Source: Takakia lepidozioides (lineage: Eukaryota; Plantae; Bryophyta). From it: DNA of 64,000 nt. Positions 54,327 to 64,000 of the stretch are shown here, one piece after another. A program made the translations under genes and the position numbers. Numbering within the stretch: position 1 is the stretch's first letter; each line of letters opens with the position of its first letter. The stretch covers positions 52,328,001 to 52,392,000 of the forward strand of contig CM060734.1 of the NCBI GenBank assembly GCA_030704615.1. Direction: 5' to 3'. Below the pieces are notes generated by a model. The model searched no databases. It saw only the letters and a list, made by a program, of their open reading frames with translations, and was not told where the DNA came from.

Positions 54327-55599
54327 TCACTTGTGGGCGTCCGTATGATTTCCTTCTTCTTGAGGACATCGTCGGAGAGCGTTTGTAAGCGCCATTTTGG
54401 TGACTCCAGTGCTGCTGCACTCGCTTCTGTAGGTGGGCATCTGCAGCACATTGGGCAGAGCTGTGGGTGAGAACTGACTCGCTTTGCAATCAGGTGATAG
54501 CAAAGATGAGCTCCCGAACTTGTCGTCGCCTCCCATGATGGGCATTGGCACATTTCTCCTGACTGGGTTCTTGAAACCAGGCTGGTATGTCTGCCCCATG
54601 ACGCCGTTCACATTGGACGTCAAGTTATAGAAGTTGAATTGCATATCTAAATGAGCGAAGCAGTCATCCTCAGTGATCTGGTAGTTGTGGACCTTACTTT
54701 CCGTGTCAGTGATAGGTACTGCGGTCAGGGAGACATCCATCTTCTCCTTGATGGTCACATGCACACTGTTCGTCTCACCGATTCGCTCTATGCTCACCTC
54801 GCCGTCGTTCGACGTCCACACAGACCTGATGCCTTGAGGAACCACAACGCGCATCCCGTCGTACGAGAACAAGAGCTGGTCAACCTTGGAGTCCCTTGTG
54901 GCAACTTTCTCTGCAGCTACTGTGAGCGTGTAAGATTCAAAAATAAAGCCAAGCGCCTGCACCCATGTTTAATCGCGTGATCTGCCTTCTGGCCTCTTGC
55001 CAATAAAGTGAGCGTTGATGTGCAGATTTTGATCGGAGACTAGGCAGAAATCCCTGTCCTTCTTGCCGTGGAAGTAGAACATCACACCATCTCCACCAAT
55101 AATACGGGAATCGTAGCACATTGCTCCAACGCCATAGCACAATGGCAGGCGGCCTGCCACGCAAAGATCATTACAAATTTCTCCTGAACCTTTCTCCACC
55201 ATTCAGGCTGGAAAAAGCAGAATACAGGCCTGCAGGCAGCATCTGTTAACTGATTACAAACTGCAATTTTACAATTTGAGTTGATCAATCCACATGTATC
55301 TAACAGAAGGATAGTACCACAGTTTATAGTTAATAGATGTACAACGTCACGATGCGCAGGGAAAAGGTGATACTACCTCTGCAGGTTGCTGTACAAATCT
55401 CACAGTCGATGTAACAGGCCTTGTTGAGGTGCCCATCCGCTAACAAGCGGTGCTGACAACTTTCGGGACATTCGAAAACCTTCTGGCACTTACTGTATCC
55501 GATGCAGCTGACCACGTCTCTGGCTGTGATGTTTACCACCATCATGGCCAGTACTGCCCCTACAATCGCTAGGGGCACTCTATACCCCTTGAAAACCAT
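54327..55599 (-). pseudogene. Root cap / LEA-related protein gene with an in-frame TAA (54969-54971) and a replaced C-terminus; exons 55599-55377 and 55153 onward
   Basis: Signal peptide, Cys-rich N-terminus, GGDGVMFYFHGKKD.DFCLVSD, RD*TWVQALG, DDCFAHLD.QF.F, GVMGQTY, MPIMGG. Confidence 0.85.
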
Positions 55600-56482
55600 T
55601 GTTGCTTCTTCGGTTAGACGCAATGTCGTGAAAGAAAGAGATCTGAGGAAGAAACTGAGGTGAGAGAGACAGCACGGATAAAGCGCAGCCCTGCAATGGT
55701 TGCCAGAAACCCAGCTCTTTATATATTCTCACTTGAAGCTTATCGATGTGAAACTGGAATCTAAGAGGATTCGCCTCAGCGATGGTGCAATGCAGAAAGA
55801 TAAATATGGTATGCGGACGTGTCAAGTTTTTGCCTACCTGTCCGAATTTCAGAATATGCAATGCAACCTTCATCACCAGGGGACAAAACAGCTTCATGAT
55901 GTTGAACGTGGAGACTTCGCTCAGCTGCCATTCCTCGATTCTGAACTCGATTCCAAGGATTCTCTCGTGCCTTAGAACCACTTTTCCCCAACAAGTTTTG
56001 TCGTAGAATGACCCAAGCGAACCATATACCCTAACCTTTTCACAATACTCACATTCTCTCCGGATGCAATGTATGACGAGTGGATTCGAATATGCACTGC
56101 TTCGGAGGCTGGTGAGAATCTGCTGGAAAGATTGACAATCTGTGATCTAGTCAATGCTGGTTTGTGATCTGAAACCTGCCCGATGGGAAGTCCATTAATA
56201 CGAAATGTTGAGGCATACATAGAAGTGACTTCCTGTCATTTTAGATCATTCCAGGAGATTCACAAACCAGAACAGCCGTGAAGAACTGCAGCTTTTCCTT
56301 GGCTCATTGTCAAAAGCTTGTGACATAAATCAAGGTCATGGATACCAATTTTGGACACAATTCCAAAGATTCTTTCACATCAAAGCACGCCAAAATACAA
56401 ACTTGATGGAACAAACTTAATGCAACACAAAGGTTTCGTCAGCCTCATGGAAGGCAGTGATGTAGACGAAGACTCCATGACT

Positions 56483-59400
56483 CTATGCGACAATGAAGAG
56501 TCGCTCTTTTTTCCGCTTGCGTTTCAACTTTCTTCTGTGTAAAATTGAGCTCCGAGCTTCTTCCACCACTACACCAACCCTATCTTTTGGCAGATCTACA
56601 TGTTTATCTTTGACTTCTGGCTGACAAGAATGGCCGTCACCTAATTTGTGCTGGACTGTAACAGAGTCTGATTGATTGCGAGTACGGACAAAGAGTGCAA
56701 CAAAGAAACCATCCATCCTGTCCCTTGCCGCCTCAGTTCGCAGGAGATGGTGGGCTGCACACATACAATCACATTTTCGAGATTTTTAGTGGCAAACCCT
56801 AACAGGTAATAGAGCTACTGATTCTGATGTTGAGATTCAATTTTGTCAGTACAATGCATAGACCTGAGATGCTGTCACCTGGCATTGTGGGAGCTTCGCA
56901 CAGATCCTGTTACAGGCCTGACCCTAATTTTATATCCCAAGGAAACATGCACAATGTAAGGATCATTCTACCCTGATTAACAATTTATGGTTGGAGGCTG
57001 CCACAAGTGATCACACATTAGAGTACTGAAGTTCAAAAGAGAAAGCAACAGTGAGGGAACAAAATACTCTAGAAACTTAATGCTGTAGCATTGTGGTCCC
57101 TCACCCTCGGCCTCTCTTTCTACTGCCACACCCCGGTCCGCATAAAGCTGAGAAATGGGTGAGAGGAGAGCACAATGGATGCTACTGCTATCACTGTAGA
57201 CACTCTAGCAGTGGAACTTAACTTCCTGGGTTAACTTGGCTCTGGCCTTCAGAAGTTTGTGAGTGTCTTTAGGAGTGGTAGCAACTTCAATGCAAAATTA
57301 ACCCCAGAAATTCAAACCCAACGGGAGTCGCAGCTAATTGCATTCTCTACCTTAGAATTTTACAGCATTTCCAAACAGGACACATTGCTTAAAACATTAC
57401 CTCTGTACTGCCTCACAAATGGACATCATCCAACCAGCATACAATGACAGAGAGGGACAGACAGGTCCACTAGAAAACAATGTACAACATCGTAGACATC
57501 CACTGTACGATACAGAAGGTAATGAGACCAGATACATTTCCAACAAATAGATTGTACCTACCTCCATCAAAGACCGGGAGACCTCTATGTGACCAACTTG
57601 GGAATGGTGTGGCTAGCTGGAAACTATTAGCAGTTGCATAGGGCAGCACAGCCTTGATCACATCTTCATTTTCTCTTTGATGGATGGAACACGTGCTGTA
57701 AACAACCCTCTCTACACCTGGAACTGCAACCAAACAAGGCTTTGTCAAGCAATCCCCCACACCCTTTCTTCCTTCTGGTCCCTTTCTGTACTCCCACCTC
57801 ACAAAGGTAATGTCTGTTCCCTCTACCTTACTTCGGAGGCATGGACTCTTGATCGTTTAACGTGCCATTTCACCCACTCTCTTTATGCCTCAATCATCCT
57901 ACATGATCTAACATGATAATAATAGCTCTGTATATGGATTATCAGGTCTATAACAGGCAGAGCTGTTTGGTAAAGACCATTTGATAAACATCCAGTTGAT
58001 AGAGACTACCTACAGACCCTTGCATCAGAACATTGCGGAGGAATAACAATCAATAAACGGTATGTGCTTCTGTGCCAATCTCTATCACCATAAAATTGCT
58101 GTTTGATCTTAGCCTAGAATGTTTCACAAATCAATGCCATGAAGGATAGGTTATCCCATAACAGAATAAGGGGAGGGCTCTACATAGGGAAACTACATGA
58201 GATTCATTTAGTCTACAGCTTTAAGGTCCTGATCACATATCAGGCTGACTGTGTTCTACCCTAACCTCTTAAACTTGGGTGAGTGACATAATAAGTAGGT
58301 AGTACAACAACATGAGAGTACACTAACATGAGAGGGCATGGAGGAGGGCTGTCTCCTGGAACCGTGCCAACTGCTCTACCCTTTGTCTCTCTGTCTCATC
58401 CTGAGTTCTTCCTGCAAACCCAGCACATATAGTCCCAGTTCAAGATGAGTATGATAGCACTGTGAAGTTAACAGGTTGATGATGTGGCACACCACCGAAG
58501 TCCTTTGACCAATATTTAAAAGGTTTGATGCGAAGTTTGGAGAGGATCCCAAACCAGCCCTAATGGCAGATAAAATCAGACACCAATGAGCAGGTTTGAT
58601 GGCCATATCAGCAACGGAGCAAACCTCATATATTCATATAGCTCGAAGAGAACTTAAATCAGGTTATAAACTTGCGAAATAGCACTTGTAGCCAACAATA
58701 TGTGAAGCACCTGTTGCTGCGGATGGAAGGAGGTAATCTAAGCGTTGCATAGTGGTCCCGGATCCAGAGCAAGATGGATCCAACAGTATAGCACGCACCT
58801 GCACACTACATATTTTCCAGATTAGATGACAGGAGTGTTGCACACAAATGATGGACTTACTAGCCAGCTAATCATGAGCATCACTAGTCTTGGTCTCTGT
58901 CAGGCAAGCTTGTATCTGTTAAGGATTTAAAGTATTCATTTTACCTTCACATAGTCAGGCAACTCTGGGTCAATCCTCAGAAAGTCCTGATGCTGGATCT
59001 CCACATCTATGTCGAAGTTCAGGAAAGCCGACTTGTAAAAACCTGTTTTCAAAGTGGTTGCATCTTTTCGCTACAGCCAATGGTCATAAGAAATATGGTG
59101 AAAAACAGTTTCCTGTAAACCAGCTAGCAACAGAACATCTGGATCACAAGAAAGTGGATACTGGAAGCACCCAAGAGCTGCACGGTTTCACGCAATCTCT
59201 GCACCCGCTTCTCATTAACTTCACATGCAATCACCTTCCCCTGCCCTTCCATAAGAGCAGCCAGGTGGACAGTCTTGTTCCCAGGAGCAGCACAGGCATC
59301 CAGTACCTGTGAAAATATCCAAAATATCAAGTTACATATCCATTCCACACTGGCGCCATACTCATCAATACATCCATTGCAGTTGCTTTTTGGCATTGCA

Positions 59401-62400
59401 ATATTGAGGGGCAGGAGGAAATTTTCTAAATAAAAAGATGGACTTAAGTAGAGGATCTCACCACCACATATGCAGGCAGTGTTCTAAGGTTCTGCTAGGC
59501 ACTCTCTCTCTCTCTCTCTCTGGGTGCTTAAGGAGTGTATGTCAGCATGCTCCAAAACAGCCAATGTGGCTGTTCGGGGTGAGTTTGGCATTCCGTCCTT
59601 AAGCTCCCGACGAGATGAATTCAAGGTCAGATGGTGGGGTCAGCTGCAACATATGCCCAACACCAGATATCCTAAATTAATCGACTCTATATCTTGAAAA
59701 CAGGACCGCCCTGTCAAACAGGCCAAGTCCTGGCAGAAGAGAGTAGAAGAGATCCTCAAGGACCTGGACCTGGATCCGCAAGTCTTGACCCTGCTGGATA
59801 AATCTGACTTAGAGGCTGTAGTGTCCTCAGCCATGTCTGTTGCCATGAGATTGTCTGATGAAAATGAAGTTAGGCAGAAAACTTCCCTGAACTTGTTTCC
59901 AGTCTGTGACATGGGGGAGGACATCTTGGATGACCTCAAGGGTCTACCCACTCTCGGCACTAGACTGAAATTTAAACTCAGGGCAGGAAGCCTACCTTTG
60001 AACAGCAAACAGAAGCAGAGAGGAAAGGGAGAGTGCAATTGCCCGTTGTGTGGGCAATCTGAAGACAGTATTCATTTTCTGATACACTGTCCGGGGTTCT
60101 CTCACCAAAGAGACGCTCTCTTCAAATCTATTAAGGGAATTGTGCCTGTACCCCTGTTTACCAACTTTGAAAGTCTCGAGGCTGAGCCAAAAGCCCAGGC
60201 CCTCCTGAGGCCTAGTTTTTGGGCAAATCACACACAGCAGATTGATGCTTGTGTGAAGGGATTTCTAGAGGATATCTGGAAAACCCGGATTAATTCTATA
60301 TATGAAGGTAAGTCTTACTACCAACGTCAGCCCCTGACAGAGGTAGGTTCTGTCCCTTTTGTTCCCGCTCAAACTGGGCGCGGGGTCAATGGCCACAAGG
60401 CTACGGCAAACAACGTCTTATGAGTACAATCTCTCTCTCTTTCATTGAATGTGGCTAAGTTCTCTGTACCACACTCAAAAATTGCCTGATCCCTCTGGCT
60501 CTCTCTCTCTCCTTGAATATGGCTAACTCCATTCTTGGATTACTTAATCAACCTGAAAATGAGAGACTTGAGGATTTTTGCATGTGTGTGTGTGTCCCTC
60601 TCTCTCTCTTTCCTTGAATGGAACAGCATGAGTACATTCTGTCTTTCCCTGAAAATGGCAATGTTCTTTGTTACCACATTCAAGATATTGTTTTTCTGTT
60701 CAGGTTTTTTCCCTAGAACGGAGAACAGGATGACTCATTAATACCTTACTTGTAGCCATAGTTCGGCAGTAAGGTACTCAGCTCCTTCAGCTCTTACCCG
60801 CTCCTCTTCCAAATGAGAAGAGTGGCCAGGCTTTCTAAAATTGTAGGGCGCTCCTTTAGGTAAGACCTAGGGAGAACCCTAATGAGTCATCCTTAAGCAG
60901 TTTGAAGGGCTGCTTAGAATGGCAACACAAAGAGAGTTGACACTAGATCTAGTCTGAATCTAGTAATACTATTGCAAACCAAGGGCTTCTATGTGTGCCC
61001 TTGCTTGTGGCTCCTTGTTGTTCTACTTTGTCCCATGGTCCCCGAAACCCTGTGGATGTCATAAAGTTTTTCTCTTCTTTTCTATCTTCCTTACAGTCTG
61101 ATATCAGACACATGAGGAAAAAGAGGCACACTGCAGAATAAAGCATCAAAGTACCAACAAACAAATGAGGCTGGAAAGATGCTTATACCACCCAGTCTTT
61201 AGCTGGTGCCAGTGCCTCAGCCGGCATGCAGCTTGCCTTTCCCTGCACCAAATAAAGTTTCACCAATTACATCAATCGATACTTCACTTCATAAATCGAT
61301 TCCTCCTGCTTTACAGAATTCATTACGTCATGTCTGCCCATCAAGAAAAGTCTAGCTTCCATCAAGTAGTTCCTGGGGTGTTCCTGTAGCCAAGCATTCA
61401 ACTCTTGGGGCCCTCACTTCATGGCAGCTGTGCAGAAAAGCTTTGCACAGTGATGTCCACCTGGGGGCCACTCTCCACTATGAGACTTCAGAAGTATATT
61501 CTGCTAGGTCCAATGGCACTGTTTCATGTCACCAGGACAAAATGTACCCCAACACCAGCCTTCGGAACAAACTAGTAGTATGACGGCAACTTTACATAAT
61601 TCCAGATTGGCCATTCATTAGTCGCACTTTGAAAAGCCGAGAACAGTGGATGCGTCACCTCTACTGAGACAGATCATTGATAGTGATTATGGTACTAAAG
61701 TCAATGTATACAACAAAGCCTATTTTGTTTTACAATCAGCTAGCACTTACTACTACATGGGCCATGTATCTTTAGTCAGTAAGGAAAGAAAACCTTAGTT
61801 AATGGATGTCGCAAAAAGGTTAGTATCATGATTATATGTTGCACATTATCAAGGACTTCAAGAGAGGCCTACCTGCTGCAACACACAGCCCTGCAAGACA
61901 AGAGGGTGTTTGTGGAGATCAGTGCCTGCAGGAAGCACCAGCAAATTTGATACCAAATCGTCCAGCTCCACCTACCGAGAAAAGAACCAAAGTGAAAGAT
62001 AAGACAGGTTTATGATACAAACAAGGGTGAGCTATCACCTAAGCCCAAGGAAACTTTTTCTACACCTTGTTTCTAAACAGGCGATAACTTCACACCTGCT
62101 TCATAAACACTGGCATTTGGACACAGCCTGTTTAAGCACTCTGTGGCCCATATGCCTAGTTTGGACAACATGTGAAGGCAAAGTTCAACCAATTGAGAAG
62201 GTCCAGTAAGACAGACACAATCTCACGTCATTGACAGTCAGGCGGAGCCTAGCAAGGGCCTCTGCAACAGTCATCTTTAGAGTGTTGACTCGAACATAAC
62301 GAGGCATCAATGGACCTGCACACTCATGCAACAAAGTACACATAAATAGGACTATTATGAAGTGAATCAGCAACATGCAAGCAACTTACTAGCTCAAGAT

Positions 62401-62860
62401 TTACATTCGCTGTGCCCTATCGATACACCATCAACTAAAGAGACCTTCCCAACAAGACTTGGGAAGGTTACCTTGGCCAGAATAATAACCCAATATGACA
62501 AAGGCAACTGGACCCAAGTAAAAGAGGTTCATTACAAACAAACCTAACACCTTACATACAAACAATCATCTACATAAAATGCAGATGGGACAAACTAGCT
62601 AAGGCATACCAACAGGTAGGAAAACAAATCTAGGGGGTGGCATATGAAGTTCATTTTCGTATCAACTACTGATGAATGACTGACATTGGGTAGCAAAGGA
62701 TACCAGGGCTTCGCACTTCTGAGGGCAACAACTCCTCAGCACTTGACACCTTGTTCCTTACAAGAAGCCGAGCCAATCCAGCACGCAAAGCATTTTTCCG
62801 TGCTAGGACCGTCCTCTCCGCATCACCGGATGGCGCCAGCTCCTATCCATCACCCACCTT
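56483..62860 (-). CDS. NSUN5: NSUN5/Rcm1-type 25S rRNA m5C methyltransferase, 3' exons (5' end not identified, probably beyond the window)
   Basis: MPRYVRVNTLK, QGKASCMPA, VLDACAAPGNKT, ILLDPSCSGSG, VVYSTCSIH..ENEDV and DGFFVALF in successive GT-AG exons. Confidence 0.92.
59522..60430 (+). mobile_element. 5'-truncated LINE (RTE-X-like ORF2 C-terminus) in an NSUN5 intron, antisense to the host, flanked by (CT)n
   Basis: ANVAVRGEFG, FKLRAGSLPL and CPLC..EDSIHFLIHCP motifs; (CT)n runs at 59501-59521 and 60430-60440. Confidence 0.8.
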
Positions 62861-64000
62861 ACACCATGATGCTTATATCTCAGTGCCCCGACTACACTTT
62901 CCTCTCTGGTTAGAAAGTACGACACCAAATGCATCTAGCAACTGTTTCATTCTATATTATTGCTGATTCATAAACCTATAAAATTTTCCCCTTCTCTCCC
63001 TCCTTTTCTCCATTCCTCAACAGCTTGCAATAATCCTAACACCAGCTATCAGTTTCAACACAACAGATGCAGCATAAATATAAGGAAAGTTTCCCTACAA
63101 GGAACCAGCCTACCTGCCAGCACTCCTGGGATTGAAATCCAACAACAAACAGGGTGCATAGACTGTACAGTGAACTTGTAACTTGCTTCGCCAGTGTCTA
63201 GAAGAGAACCTGGCCAAACAGAAGGTCACACGCCAGCACATACACAAGCTCCACTGGCAACTGCAACCAAACCATTTCCAGCCATTAGACTGAACTCCTT
63301 TTCCAATCCAGAAATCCAATGAAGGAATAATAGAACATCTGGGTGATTATGGTTCAATGGTCCTCTATTCTAAACCCTGAAGACTAGATACTCATCAACA
63401 GACATATGTAGCCTTGACCATTCGGAGAGTAATGACTGAAAAGGTAAATTGGTTCACATCTGCCAGAAACCCACGTGCATTAAGAGTGTCTGATGAGATA
63501 CATTGTCTGGATCATTTGAGTGTTCCAATATGGACAAATGCCCCACACATTCAGGAAAAAAAATTGCTCTAGAGGACAGCAAAATCTGCTCAACAGTTGA
63601 TTCAGTAGAACTGGCTTTTTGAGGTGAGGTCCTGCTTAGGCAATGTGCAAAGTCCAGAACTTTAACCAAGCAATCACCTTGCTGCTTGTGTACATCCATC
63701 CATCTATGGCATTCCGATTCACATACTATGTTTCGTTTGAAACGTCAATTTCACGTCACCCCCTATCCCAAGGCACTGCCTGACAGACATGCATTTCACT
63801 TCAGAATTCTTAGAGCTGTGCTGTTAACAATGACTAGTTCATCTCTTCCATGTTCAATTGGGAGGTTTTGAAATTACTTGGAAGAGCGAAACACTTAAAT
63901 ATCAAACTTAAGATAGCTAGTTGTCGAAACAGCCTAAACTAAGCATCCAGTCACTTTCTGCATCCAACCAACTTAACTCACAGACTTGTGCCACTTACAC

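Noticed and set aside
56483-62860. Functional link between NSUN5 (RNA m5C) and the element's DNA m5C MTase
   Set aside because: NSUN5 is a housekeeping gene more than 30 kb away; nothing beyond coincidence links them.

Overview
Intron-rich eukaryotic nuclear DNA from a land plant; the repeat and gene content suggest a non-seed plant (inference). Host genes: PILS auxin carrier (+, 4802-8749), GCK/twin-CX9C protein (-), an ELF3-like clock gene (-) with a tandemly duplicated N-terminal block and a premature stop, a CCCH-RRM-OST-HTH/LOTUS-RING gene (-), an S-protein homolog (SPH, -), a DED1/DDX3-type DEAD-box helicase (-), an orphan acidic-tail ORF (+), a disrupted root-cap/LEA gene (-) and the 3' part of NSUN5 (-), which carries an intronic LINE. 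The standout is a 9.1-kb Ty3/Gypsy-type retroelement (15445-24538) inserted into a Crinkler-like NTPase-nuclease pseudogene. Its polyprotein region carries a DNMT3-like C5-cytosine methyltransferase between protease and RT, and a PHD finger after the integrase. In place of two normal LTRs it has split direct repeats (A1-internal-B1-A2-B2), as in PAT/Ngaro tyrosine-recombinase elements. It nevertheless has TGTC...GACA ends, a 4-bp AGTG target-site duplication and a DDE-type integrase. A 2.4-kb internal inversion splits the methyltransferase and flips RT-RNaseH. All exon boundaries and family calls were made by eye, with no database searches.
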